Source of the DNA: a virus
Strand: one strand, 5' to 3'
DNA length: 64,000 nucleotides
Virus record (IMG/VR): IMGVR_UViG_3300030333_002703
Coordinates: 1 to 64,000 of that record
Shown: positions 26,589 to 37,011 of the stretch, one piece after another
Layout: each line of letters starts with the position of its first letter
How positions within the stretch are numbered: position 1 is the stretch's first letter
Notes under the pieces: model-generated
Seen by the model: the letters and a program-made list of their open reading frames with translations, nothing else
Database searches by the model: none
Told to the model about the DNA's origin: nothing
Position numbers and translations under genes: made by a program

Positions 26589-29500
26589 ATGGCAGTTGAT
26601 ACACCGTATGACTTCCATCTGCGGAATAAACATGAGTTATATCGCTCATTGTGTGATGGATTGGAACTAGAAAACGCTGCGGCAAATTATTTGTTCTCCA
26701 AATCAAATGCGATACGACACAATGTATTCCAACAATCTTCTGAAGAACAGGCATTGAATTATGCTGCAGATTCTATTCTCAAACGTGCCAAAAAAGATTG
26801 GCGGTCAGAAGAAGAAAAAAAATATAGAGAAGAATATCATCGAAAACAAACTAGTGAACAATTTGGATTGTCCGATGAAGATTGGATTCCACGTCTTGCA
26901 CAATTTACAGATGGTCATAAAGACCCACGCCATTCACATTCTTCATGGCCTACAATGGGTGATGTGGACCCAACAATTGCATACGGTGGTATATCACCTT
27001 GGGATTTATCTGTATTGACTGCCAATAGTGAATGGGGTAGCCCTGAATGGTTGAGAGCATTGTCGGATGTATGGGAACCACAAGGAAATGACGATGACCC
27101 GGAACACCATTACAATTGGATTGAAAATCAAATCAAAGAACATGAAGGGCATCATGCATTAGGATTCCACAACAAGGACCATTACCTAGGTCCAATAGAA
27201 GGTGATGCACCATCCGACCTATACGAGAAACATTTTGCACGTTGGAAGGCTGAAGCAGCCCCACCCGAAGTTTTGGATATGAGTTTAGGCGACCAAAAAC
27301 AAGCACATTTAGACTTATACAAACGTGTATGGGCAGGTAAAGAGCGCGACCCATTGGCAGATATAAGTGATACTGGTTCGCATCAATTGGGATTCCTTGG
27401 ATATGCATTAGGTCTAGAATGGCTCACACCTAGCCAACGTGATGATGTTATCAATCACATTAATCAAAATGGTGTAACAAGAGAGATTCCTCATGTATCT
27501 CATGGATGGATGAATCGTAATTGGATGGGCCGTTTTCTAGCAGGTGAAGCCACACAACGATTACGTGACCCTAGCCATGCTGGAAGTAGTTTAACTGCCA
27601 CCCATCATGGATTTGAAACTGATGACCAAAAAGAACACCATAATGCAAGACGATTACATGATGCGATGTTGGATACATTGGTCTATAGTGAAGATAATCC
27701 AGTGACAGGTGCGAAAAAAGGAGAGCCTGTTCATGGTTATTGGGCAGAAGATGAACAAGGGGATACGCGATGGGTTCATAGTCACGATACAGATTCTGGT
27801 GCTGCCCCTGCGTATAGATTGCGAGGTATGGATGATGCAAAGTTCGATAGTCGTTTGATGTCTGACCAGCAAATGCGAAGAATTGGTGCAGAATCTCTAC
27901 AAGACCATATTCTTTCCAAACCTGAAAATCGTGTGAAACGTAGTGTGAAAGTATCAGGTAAAACAACACCTCAAAATGTTGAGTTTGGTGTCATGCCTCG
28001 ATTATTGAGATTGGAAGAAGGTGGGCATGATAATGTACATCGTGGTAATTTCGCATTCAAAAGTACTGAAAAAAGTACCAATGAGGCATTGTTGGAACAT
28101 CACAACAAACCCATTTGGGACCAAGAACTACAACATTGGCTTGACACAGGTGTAATTGATGAAAACCAAGCCACAGCCATGAAAGCCCGCCGAAAGGAAT
28201 TGCATGAACATTACAATCGACGTAGGCAAGTGCAAAATGGAACTGGTGCATATCTGAATATGTATCATTTCATGGGGGGAGATGAAAATGACATACGAAT
28301 GTCACCATTTGCGCGATTCATTATGATGCATCATGCTCAAGGTGGTGGCGGAATGGATTCAATGAATATGTTTTCAGAATTGAACCATATGTTCCACCAT
28401 GATGTATGGGGTAATCCAGATGGTGGATTATTCACTATTGGTGATGCTGTAACATCAGGTTGGGAACCAATGAAATTGGAAGAAGGTCAATCACCAATGG
28501 ATTTCCCTGAAAACATTTGGCCTAGAGCGCGTGGTATGGAAGGAGATGACCGAGAAGCCGGTCAAATACGTGAAGGTTCATCATTCAAAGGTAAAGGAAT
28601 CACACTACGACGTAATCAAATACGTGATGGTATGGCATCATTGATAGGTGCGCTTCAAGACCAACCTATAGATACATGGCGTGATGCAGGTACATCTCCA
28701 CTTCTCAATTTAGCACATGGTGGCAATACTGATATTCACCAACAATTGATGATTTCGTCTGACCCGCATTTCCATGAAATGATACGTGATGGTATGAAAG
28801 GATTGAAAATTGGAAAATTAAATCCATACAAAGATACACCGGGTGGTAGTGGACTCAACAATTTATACAATGAAGCACGTCTTACAATACATCATGCATC
28901 TGATAAACTGGGTAAAGCAGGTATGAAGAATCTTGCATTACTAGCCGCATTATGGGGTAGATGGAATGAAAATCCTGCTGAAGCGCAATTGGCTAGTGGC
29001 CCACCTCCATTTTTAGAAACTGGTAAAATGAACGAAACGGCGTTTACTCAAGATTTACTCCCCAAAAAATTGATGGCTTTAGCACGAAGAGAAGGTACGC
29101 ATCTCATTCCCGGTCATCCGGGCGATACAGATTTACAATCGCGGGTTAAGCAGTTCTTGTTGCATAGTAATTTAATGCGCCAATTGAATGTTGAAACACC
29201 ATTGGCTTTGGAATCACCTGCGAGTGATGTGTATGAATCGGACCGAGGAGTACCAACATTAAGCGCTCAATTCCCCGGCGGTGGCCCAGCACCCGAAGGT
29301 ATTACACCTACATCATGGGGGCCACATCCCGGTGAAGAAGAATCTGACCCAGATATTGGATGGTTAGACCCTAACATTCCACGTGGAAAATGGTTCTTCC
29401 ATAACAAAGATAAAGACGTATCTCACAATACATATCTTCCTTTGGAAGTCAATATAGGTGGAGGTAAAACACAAATGATAACACCTACATTTGATTTTCA

Positions 29501-32303
29501 AGACCATGCACATCAGGCTTTAGACAATGGAGAAATGGATTGTCCTGTATGTGGTGGCGATGGATACATTGACCCAGAAGATATGGGGGCTGAAATACCA
29601 GATGCTCGTGATATGATTAAGAGCATTATGGATTTGGGAGCAGGTAATGATGATAATGACAACCGAGTAGAATGTCCAAATTGTCACGGTGCAAAGAAAA
29701 TGCAATTACCATCTACATTCAATAGGGATAGTGTTCATGTACAACCTCATCACATTGAACATAAAGAACGTGAATTAACACAACAATTGGAAGATTGGTT
29801 AGCGACTCCACCGGAAGAACGTGACCCTGAAAAAGGAGATGCATGGTTCGATGAAATCGAAAGACAATTGACCAATATACCTTCAATTCATCCACTAGGT
29901 GGTGAAGGGCAATACTATAATAAAATGTCACGATTTGGTAGCAAGTTCTTATCTACACAAAATCTAGTTCGGAATGTAGCGGCATCATTGGCTGATAAAG
30001 TCCGAGCGCAATTTGAATCCGATGGATTGGGCGACCCATTCGGCCCTGATGAAAATGGTGATTGGTCACAAGCCCATGTGAATGCTATTGCATTGTGGTC
30101 TCACGCAAACGAATGGGCATTACGCGCACAACCACGACAACGTGATTGGCAAAACGACCAGATTTCAGGATACACAGGTCAGGAACCACGAGGAACGTAT
30201 TTGGATGAAAATGGGAAAGAGAGAAATGAGAAAACATGGGCGCATACATTCAAGCAACATGATGATACTGAAGCACCAGCGGCAGGTTCAGCGATTCATT
30301 ATCCGGGTTTTAGTAGTGATGGAGGTAATATCCAAAATGAGCCAATGTCATTACCATTGAGTATCTACAATAGTATGGGCCATCGAATGCGTCATGGTTG
30401 GGGTATGACACCAACATATGGTATATCATTCGATAATATGGGTACGCCTACTGTATTGCATAATGAGGGTAAGGCATCCACCCAACGTAACAAATATCTT
30501 AATGTTCCATTGGATGAATTACAACAGGTATTCCCTGAAATGCAAACAATGTCATCAGCACATCCATCTGCACCATCAGCCGAGGATAGACCTGAATCTC
30601 AAAAATTGAATGATATGGGAGACAGTATGGCATTCAGAATGAGTGAAGATGAACCTGCCGTATCTGACATTCTCAAAGCATTGACCAATCCAGACCTGCT
30701 CAAAGAAGATGCGCGGGTAAAACCTGTCAAAGCAGCACATCGTATTTTTGACCTTGATGACCTCAAACAACTACGTGGATTCAGTGATGATTGGGTGGTT
30801 AGTACATGGATTAAGGGTCATCGTGGTATTGCACGTAAAGAAGGTGACAAAGTATCTGTTCAATATGCTGATGGTTCATATTGCCCATTGACTGAAGATG
30901 CGAAGAAAGGACTACGAGAAGCACACGATGATGATTTCGTCATGGATGTTATCGTAGGGAAGAACAAGCGTATTACAGTCATTGATTTGTTGGAACATGA
31001 TGGTAGAGAATTGTATGAAGAGCCACTCAAAGACCGATTAACCAAATTAAGGTCTAACTTTGAAAGCACTGACGATGTACATATGCCCGCCCCATTCAAT
31101 ACACGACGTACTGACGACGAAGGATTATCAACTGCTATCAGTAGTTTAGCAGATGAGGAAAATGATGGGTTCTTACTACGTGATGCGATTTCAACTTACA
31201 TGAAAGGTGAACCACGACATCCGAAATGGGTGTTGCTACGTAAGCAAAAGGAAGTTGATGTCATTATTCTTGACCGACGTGGCCGTGGCCCTTACACATA
31301 TCAATTGGGTATAGGCCCAATCAATCCTGAAAAGGGTGAGTCACTTGGCAACCGAGCAGTACAACGTGGTGATAAATGGTTCATGGATGTAGGCACAATT
31401 ACGCGGGAATCCAAAGCATTCAATGAAGGTGATTATGTGCAAGTATCTGTATCAAGTGTATCTCACAAAGAGCGTGATGGTGAAGATGTGTACGATTTAC
31501 AAACTCGGAGTATCATAGGTGAGACAAGTACCGAGGCCACAGATAGTGTAGATACATTGTGTCTTTTGACTAAATCATACGCTCCATTGATTTGGCCGCA
31601 TGATGTTGTCGTTAATCGTAGTGATGTACAAGTATTGTTGCACGGATTAAATGATACTGTTATCTATAAGATGAACAAATGGGACAATGGTTGGGCATTA
31701 CATCAACCAATTAGCCTATTAGGTGATTTATCCAATAGTGATTACAGCATTCATTTGTCTGAAAGCCTACGCCCATTTTGGGAACCGATTGTTGGTATGA
31801 CCTTGAAAGGTCTCATCAAGGTAGATTACAACCCACGTGATACGAAAGACAAAACACGTGATGAGAAAGAAGAAGAGGAAGAGGAACATTCCCACGAATC
31901 TGGATTCAAACTACCAAAACCAAAACGAATGGATGAAGAACAGATTCTTAAACCTGAAATGACCAAGATGGTTGTGCAAGCGTTGACGTTGATTGATGAT
32001 GTTATCTCTAAAGAAAAAGCCACATGGACTGGCGCACGTGGAATGGGTATCGGATTGGGTACACCAGATAGCGCACCACGTGGACCTACTGAAATTACAC
32101 AAGATGTCAATACATTGGATTACGATATGAGGCAACGTGATGATGAAAAAACCGAGAAGCCTAGAAAGAAACCTAAGAAAATGCAAGGTGAGCCTCATCC
32201 AATGACTGCTTCTGTTACTACAGATGAGGGTGAAAAGGGCAAAATTAGGGTCACAAACGAAGAAGCGGCCTTAGAAATGGAGCCTGAAAATCCCTTTGAG
32301 TAG
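26589..32303 (+). CDS. 1904-aa protein with DnaJ-type Zn finger and degenerate ATP-dependent DNA ligase-like C-terminal region
   Basis: CPVCGGDG..CPNCHG; ligase-like IDLL...PL.DRL..L, DGFLLRD..S.YMKG.PRH.KWVLL, then OB-like region; KxDGxR replaced by WIKGHR. Confidence 0.75.
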   Translation: MAVDTPYDFHLRNKHELYRSLCDGLELENAAANYLFSKSNAIRHNVFQQSSEEQALNYAADSILKRAKKDWRSEEEKKYREEYHRKQTSEQFGLSDEDWIPRLAQFTDGHKDPRHSHSSWPTMGDVDPTIAYGGISPWDLSVLTANSEWGSPEWLRALSDVWEPQGNDDDPEHHYNWIENQIKEHEGHHALGFHNKDHYLGPIEGDAPSDLYEKHFARWKAEAAPPEVLDMSLGDQKQAHLDLYKRVWAGKERDPLADISDTGSHQLGFLGYALGLEWLTPSQRDDVINHINQNGVTREIPHVSHGWMNRNWMGRFLAGEATQRLRDPSHAGSSLTATHHGFETDDQKEHHNARRLHDAMLDTLVYSEDNPVTGAKKGEPVHGYWAEDEQGDTRWVHSHDTDSGAAPAYRLRGMDDAKFDSRLMSDQQMRRIGAESLQDHILSKPENRVKRSVKVSGKTTPQNVEFGVMPRLLRLEEGGHDNVHRGNFAFKSTEKSTNEALLEHHNKPIWDQELQHWLDTGVIDENQATAMKARRKELHEHYNRRRQVQNGTGAYLNMYHFMGGDENDIRMSPFARFIMMHHAQGGGGMDSMNMFSELNHMFHHDVWGNPDGGLFTIGDAVTSGWEPMKLEEGQSPMDFPENIWPRARGMEGDDREAGQIREGSSFKGKGITLRRNQIRDGMASLIGALQDQPIDTWRDAGTSPLLNLAHGGNTDIHQQLMISSDPHFHEMIRDGMKGLKIGKLNPYKDTPGGSGLNNLYNEARLTIHHASDKLGKAGMKNLALLAALWGRWNENPAEAQLASGPPPFLETGKMNETAFTQDLLPKKLMALARREGTHLIPGHPGDTDLQSRVKQFLLHSNLMRQLNVETPLALESPASDVYESDRGVPTLSAQFPGGGPAPEGITPTSWGPHPGEEESDPDIGWLDPNIPRGKWFFHNKDKDVSHNTYLPLEVNIGGGKTQMITPTFDFQDHAHQALDNGEMDCPVCGGDGYIDPEDMGAEIPDARDMIKSIMDLGAGNDDNDNRVECPNCHGAKKMQLPSTFNRDSVHVQPHHIEHKERELTQQLEDWLATPPEERDPEKGDAWFDEIERQLTNIPSIHPLGGEGQYYNKMSRFGSKFLSTQNLVRNVAASLADKVRAQFESDGLGDPFGPDENGDWSQAHVNAIALWSHANEWALRAQPRQRDWQNDQISGYTGQEPRGTYLDENGKERNEKTWAHTFKQHDDTEAPAAGSAIHYPGFSSDGGNIQNEPMSLPLSIYNSMGHRMRHGWGMTPTYGISFDNMGTPTVLHNEGKASTQRNKYLNVPLDELQQVFPEMQTMSSAHPSAPSAEDRPESQKLNDMGDSMAFRMSEDEPAVSDILKALTNPDLLKEDARVKPVKAAHRIFDLDDLKQLRGFSDDWVVSTWIKGHRGIARKEGDKVSVQYADGSYCPLTEDAKKGLREAHDDDFVMDVIVGKNKRITVIDLLEHDGRELYEEPLKDRLTKLRSNFESTDDVHMPAPFNTRRTDDEGLSTAISSLADEENDGFLLRDAISTYMKGEPRHPKWVLLRKQKEVDVIILDRRGRGPYTYQLGIGPINPEKGESLGNRAVQRGDKWFMDVGTITRESKAFNEGDYVQVSVSSVSHKERDGEDVYDLQTRSIIGETSTEATDSVDTLCLLTKSYAPLIWPHDVVVNRSDVQVLLHGLNDTVIYKMNKWDNGWALHQPISLLGDLSNSDYSIHLSESLRPFWEPIVGMTLKGLIKVDYNPRDTKDKTRDEKEEEEEEHSHESGFKLPKPKRMDEEQILKPEMTKMVVQALTLIDDVISKEKATWTGARGMGIGLGTPDSAPRGPTEITQDVNTLDYDMRQRDDEKTEKPRKKPKKMQGEPHPMTASVTTDEGEKGKIRVTNEEAALEMEPENPFE

Positions 32304-32355
32304 TATTGTAGTATCATAGGTGGTATCATATACCATTACAACACGTGGTGTGCCA

Positions 32356-33747
32356 ATGGTTCTTAGCGTAGCCCGGCCAGCCAGCGCAGTTTTGCTTAAG
32401 GCACACCGAGTTGACGACCTTGTGATTGCGGGCTATGCGAGTGTCGAACTTGTGGATAAACAAGGTGACTTGATTACTACAGGTGCGCTCAATAAGGCAT
32501 TCAAGAAGTTCATGGCGAACCCGCAATATAGCAATGTGCAACTAGCACATTCTAACATCCAAGTGGGTGAAGTCATTCCAGAATATACTGATACAAATGG
32601 CCGTATGTGGAAGTCCGAGGTAGATGATACCGGACTATTCGTAGTTATCAAACTACGAAATGACATTGAAAAGGCCCGAGAAGTTGCCGCAGAAATTAGA
32701 AAAGGCAATCTTCGTTCATTTTCCATTGGTGGTCAGGCGTTTAAGCGCGTCAACAAATCGGACGGAATGCGCGGTTCATACCGTGAAATCCAAGATATGG
32801 AACTTCACGAAGTAACAATTTGTGAAAAGGGCATCAATACGGAATCTACCTTTAAGATATTGAAGGAGGACAAAAACATGGCAGAAACAGAAGTTGTGGA
32901 ACAGTTGCACAATGTTCTGGAGCGTCTATCCAAGCGATTGGATGAGTCGGAAGGCGTGGAAAAGGGCAAGCCCCCATTCCTTGAAGACGACAAAGACGAC
33001 AAGGACAGCGGCGACGACAAGAAAGAAGGTAAGTCCGACAAGGACAAAGACGAAAAGATGGCATATTCAGATGAAGATGGCGACCAAGCGAACAAGGGAT
33101 TCGATGACGTTATCACAACTGAATACCTCAATTGGATGGAGAACACCCTAAAGGGCGCAGGTGTCGATACACACGCTGCTCGCGCACACTTTGACAGTGT
33201 GAACAAGGGATACCGACCTGAAGACAAGAGCGACCACCGAGGCCAACCCCCATTGGGTATTGTTGGCGAAGGTATCAGCGCACCCAAAGCCAATTTCGGT
33301 AGCGGGAAGCCTAAGGGTAACAAGTTCGCAATCCGCGCATCTCAAGATGCATGGTCGCCACCACGTGGCAACCAATTTGTCATCAAGGAAAACGTGACCG
33401 CTGCACAGGTCGAACAGGCTTACGAAGTCTACAAGGCCGCAGCAATGGAGCAGCAGTTCAAGGGCGAACTCAACGAAGCATTCGCAGAACGCCTAAACAA
33501 CGAACTCATGCACAAGCAAAATGCAGAAGAAAAGGCAGCATACGATGCCCGAACCGATGTATCCAGCCTACAGAAGGCTGTCCTTGAATTGGCAAACCGC
33601 ATTGACAACATTTCATCCGGTGAAGGTAGCGTATCAATCCGCAAATCTGCACCATCCGTTGAGATTCCCACAACAGAAGCATTGGCTGACATCAGTTGGT
33701 CCGATGTTCACAGCCTTGCTAACAAGGCACTAATGGGAGGCGAGTAA
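32356..33747 (+). CDS. Prohead protease (HK97-type) fused to C-terminal scaffold
   Basis: IAGYAS..VDKQGD, H.N..VG, GLFV, SFSIGG, LHEVTIC; charged coiled-coil C-terminus; directly upstream of MCP; start inferred from promoter spacing. Confidence 0.88.
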   Translation: MVLSVARPASAVLLKAHRVDDLVIAGYASVELVDKQGDLITTGALNKAFKKFMANPQYSNVQLAHSNIQVGEVIPEYTDTNGRMWKSEVDDTGLFVVIKLRNDIEKAREVAAEIRKGNLRSFSIGGQAFKRVNKSDGMRGSYREIQDMELHEVTICEKGINTESTFKILKEDKNMAETEVVEQLHNVLERLSKRLDESEGVEKGKPPFLEDDKDDKDSGDDKKEGKSDKDKDEKMAYSDEDGDQANKGFDDVITTEYLNWMENTLKGAGVDTHAARAHFDSVNKGYRPEDKSDHRGQPPLGIVGEGISAPKANFGSGKPKGNKFAIRASQDAWSPPRGNQFVIKENVTAAQVEQAYEVYKAAAMEQQFKGELNEAFAERLNNELMHKQNAEEKAAYDARTDVSSLQKAVLELANRIDNISSGEGSVSIRKSAPSVEIPTTEALADISWSDVHSLANKALMGGE

Positions 33748-33748
33748 T

Positions 33749-34891
33749 ATGGCACGAGATTATATCCGAACAATACAGGACATGGAGCGATACTATTACG
33801 GCGCAGGTAACGTAAGTGGCTACTCATACAGTGGCGCAGACATCCTCAAGGCCGATGCACCGCTTCTAAGCACGACAGCAGGAACATACCAAGCAATCTA
33901 TGGTCGCAAGGTCTGGTCGCAACTGAACCAAGAGTTCAACGCATTCAGCATTTTGCCCAAGAAGCCTTGGGAGAAGAGTGGTTGGAGAATCATTACCTCT
34001 AAGCCATCGTTCACCAAGGGTGGCGGTGTTGCGGAGAATGCAACCCTTCCTGACACGACCAAACCAACCTTCCTACACGTGGCTGCAAAGCCCAAGACGG
34101 TTGCTCACACATTCGATATGAGTGAAGTGGCAATCTTCCTTGCCGACAAGGACGACGGCCTCGGTGACATCCGACAGGTATTGAAGGAAGAAATGGGTAA
34201 GCACCACGCAGACCACGTGAACGTAATGCTCACAACTGACGTGGAAACACCAGCCGGTAACGATTTCGAGTCTCTTGACCGATTGACAACCAACCCATCA
34301 ACCATCAACAACGCGAACAGTTACGTGTCAGCAAACACTGACAACGATATGTACTCGATTACACGTGACAGCGGTGGAGATGCATGGGAGGCTGCTGAAG
34401 TCAGCGCATCAGGAACAAAAGGCACTAACCGAACATTGAGCCTTGACCATCTTGATACCATGTTCCAGCAAATCTGGACTCGTGGTGGTAATCCAAAGGT
34501 CATGTTCACTGGCTATGACACACTCATGCGTGTTCAGCAACTACTACAGACCCAGCAGCGCTTCATGGAAACCAAGCGTGTCACCCCATCGTTCAACGGT
34601 GTAAAGGGTGTACCCGGTATCGAAGCAGGATTCATTGTGGCTACCTACAACGGTGTCCCAATCATCCCAAGCAAGGACGTACAAACTGACGGCATCAGTC
34701 GTATCTACTACCTCGACACGGATTATTTGTGGTTCCAAACCGCAATTCCAACCCAGTACTTTGAGAGCGGTATTGAATCCGGCGACCCATTCGCCATCAA
34801 CCGCCTCGGTCAGGAAGGTCTGTATCGAACAATGGGTGAACTGATTGTGTCTTTCTACGGCGCACAGGGGAGTGTTCGTGACCTCTCGTGA
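33749..34891 (+). CDS. Major capsid protein (HK97 fold)
   Basis: Follows protease; 380 aa; G.V.E.A.LP E-loop region, YNGVPIIPS; codon usage of a highly expressed gene. Confidence 0.9.
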   Translation: MARDYIRTIQDMERYYYGAGNVSGYSYSGADILKADAPLLSTTAGTYQAIYGRKVWSQLNQEFNAFSILPKKPWEKSGWRIITSKPSFTKGGGVAENATLPDTTKPTFLHVAAKPKTVAHTFDMSEVAIFLADKDDGLGDIRQVLKEEMGKHHADHVNVMLTTDVETPAGNDFESLDRLTTNPSTINNANSYVSANTDNDMYSITRDSGGDAWEAAEVSASGTKGTNRTLSLDHLDTMFQQIWTRGGNPKVMFTGYDTLMRVQQLLQTQQRFMETKRVTPSFNGVKGVPGIEAGFIVATYNGVPIIPSKDVQTDGISRIYYLDTDYLWFQTAIPTQYFESGIESGDPFAINRLGQEGLYRTMGELIVSFYGAQGSVRDLS

Positions 34892-34927
34892 GGTTGTTGA
34901 GGAGAATAACAAGGAGTAGTGAAAAAT

Positions 34928-35335
34928 ATGCCAGCAGCAACACACAGAGGAATTACATACACAACCAATGGTTCCGCGACAATCGCGGCAGACCTAGACC
35001 TCCCCCTATGGGCGGGAGTTGACCAAGACGACGAAAATTGGCTGACCAGTTATCCGGGTGCATTGACATCCTTTGAACCACGTCAGACCGATGGTACTAA
35101 CCGCGCACAACCACGATTGGTTGTATTGACGGTCGGTGCGCTAGCCGAAGCAGAAACCATTACATTGAGCGGAGAGTGCAATGCTATCCTATCATGCATT
35201 GGACACAGCAAAGATGCAACTGCAAACCTAGCCCTGACATTCAGCGGTCTTGTCATCACGGCAGATTGTGAAGCAACAGCAGACGGAACAACCAACGATA
35301 CAGCCAACGCAACCATTTGGCTCATTGTGGCTTGA
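34928..35335 (+). CDS. Virion structural protein (possible capsid decoration)
   Basis: Thr/Ala-rich, beta-type ORF immediately after MCP. Confidence 0.6.
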   Translation: MPAATHRGITYTTNGSATIAADLDLPLWAGVDQDDENWLTSYPGALTSFEPRQTDGTNRAQPRLVVLTVGALAEAETITLSGECNAILSCIGHSKDATANLALTFSGLVITADCEATADGTTNDTANATIWLIVA

Positions 35336-35336
35336 G

Positions 35337-35741
35337 GTGGTTCATCTGCCAAAAGTGGTTTATGATGGTCCCTTGCCAACTCAACGAGTTGGCTGGGGAA
35401 CCCTCATCCGTGGTCAAGTTCAAGAAATCTCGCAAGAGACACTTGACACATTCCGCAACAGTCTGACCAATTGCCGCATCTGGGAAGATGTATCGGCAAC
35501 GGTCGAGGTTGTATCGGTGGATGCCGGACTTGATGGTATCCCAGATAGCGGATGGACCCGAAATGACATCATTTCTTGGCTGACAGAACAAGGTGTATCT
35601 ACACGTGCAGGATTGACGAAAGCGCAATTACTGTCACGTGTGGATGCACACTTGAATCCTGTCGAAGAGGAAGAAGTTAGCGAAGAGTCCATAAGCGAGG
35701 CTCCACAGGCAGATAACAACGACACAGGAAGTGACGAATAA
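35337..35741 (+). CDS. HeH/LEM/Rho-N-like domain protein
   Basis: WTRNDIISWLTEQGV..AGLTKAQLL; start uncertain. Confidence 0.6.
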   Translation: MVHLPKVVYDGPLPTQRVGWGTLIRGQVQEISQETLDTFRNSLTNCRIWEDVSATVEVVSVDAGLDGIPDSGWTRNDIISWLTEQGVSTRAGLTKAQLLSRVDAHLNPVEEEEVSEESISEAPQADNNDTGSDE

Positions 35742-36277
35742 TGGCAGCAGGAAATACAACAGATATTCGAGTACACGTTCTAGGCGACTTGTATATGCTC
35801 ACTGGTTCATTTACTGACGGTGGAATTGATGTCTTTTATGGAGACCATCTATCGACAGTATTGGCCGCAGGTGGACACGCAACAAGTCACTACGATACAG
35901 GTGTAACGGTTGACAACGGTGCAGGTTACGCCGCAGGTCATACAGGTGCAATAGCCGTAGATGCAGTCGATGTACGATTGCATTTTAACGTCGGTGAAAC
36001 ACTATACACGGCGGCAGGTGCGAGACTTGGTACAATTACAACAATTGGAGGCGCAACATCAGTTACAGTTGGTGGCGGTCTTTTGGAAGCGTTGGTTGAT
36101 GACCAACCCATTCACAAGCATGGACCGTTCAACGCAGCAATTACATTGAGTGATGATACATTGGATGTATCCGTTGACGAGAACAACAAATACGTAGTTT
36201 TCGGTACAGGTAACATGGGTGCATCCGCCACTGCATCGGCCCTTGATGGTCGATGGTGGATACTCGGGAAACGCTGA
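35741..36277 (+). CDS. Virion structural protein
   Basis: Gly/Thr/Ala-rich; DNGAGYAAG module. Confidence 0.65.
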   Translation: MAAGNTTDIRVHVLGDLYMLTGSFTDGGIDVFYGDHLSTVLAAGGHATSHYDTGVTVDNGAGYAAGHTGAIAVDAVDVRLHFNVGETLYTAAGARLGTITTIGGATSVTVGGGLLEALVDDQPIHKHGPFNAAITLSDDTLDVSVDENNKYVVFGTGNMGASATASALDGRWWILGKR

Positions 36278-36293
36278 TGCGGGGTGAAACCTC

Positions 36294-36725
36294 GTGCCAT
36301 CGTTTAGTACCGTTAAACTACCATCAGCAGGGCCTTGGCCCACAATGTGCGCTATCAACAATGCAGCAGGGTATGCAGCCGGTACATCTACCGCTATGAC
36401 CAGTGACGATTTCCTCCCTAGTGGGGATGTTCGCACTGTCATTGTGCCCGGTATGGATGTATGGGCTAAAAATCCAGCACAGAACAACGCTATCCAATTT
36501 TTGGGTACGTGTACCGCTGTCACAGCGACATCTGTTCGTTGTGGCGGTGGTACTAAGTTCGCAATCAATGACAATGCAGAATTGTATGTTGTGGACCCCG
36601 CTAATCTAGCATATACACTGGCTTTGGGTCGCGGATTTGTTTTGTCTGCTGCGGCTACTGCCGGTGTTGAAGTATCTGATGATGGCCGTGGTAATCTCGC
36701 ATATACGTTCTATGATATGACGTGA
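36294..36725 (+). CDS. Virion structural protein
   Basis: INNAAGYAAG module shared with the upstream gene. Confidence 0.65.
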   Translation: MPSFSTVKLPSAGPWPTMCAINNAAGYAAGTSTAMTSDDFLPSGDVRTVIVPGMDVWAKNPAQNNAIQFLGTCTAVTATSVRCGGGTKFAINDNAELYVVDPANLAYTLALGRGFVLSAAATAGVEVSDDGRGNLAYTFYDMT

Positions 36726-36735
36726 TGGTGATTGA

Positions 36736-37011
36736 ATGAATGGGCTATCCCTCAAAGATATTGACCGTATGAACAAACATGGATGGTCAAAAGCCCAAGA
36801 ACTCAAGCCAGCCGATGAAGGCATTGCGTGGGAGAACTACGCAATTAAAAAACAAAACACCCGCAATCGTCAGATTGCTGATGTATTGAACATTGGTGCT
36901 GGCACACGTTGTAAGCACTGTGGTATGTTACATCTATGTTGGGTTGCCAAATGCGCTACGTGTGGGCAAGATATGGATTACAACCTAGGTAAAACGGAGG
37001 CAGTTCGATAA
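36736..37011 (+). CDS. Small Zn-ribbon protein
   Basis: CKHCG...CATCG. Confidence 0.75.
   Translation: MNGLSLKDIDRMNKHGWSKAQELKPADEGIAWENYAIKKQNTRNRQIADVLNIGAGTRCKHCGMLHLCWVAKCATCGQDMDYNLGKTEAVR

Noticed and set aside
26589-32303. Functional replicative DNA ligase
   Set aside because: Catalytic KxDG motif is not intact and the gene lies in the head module; kept only as ligase-like
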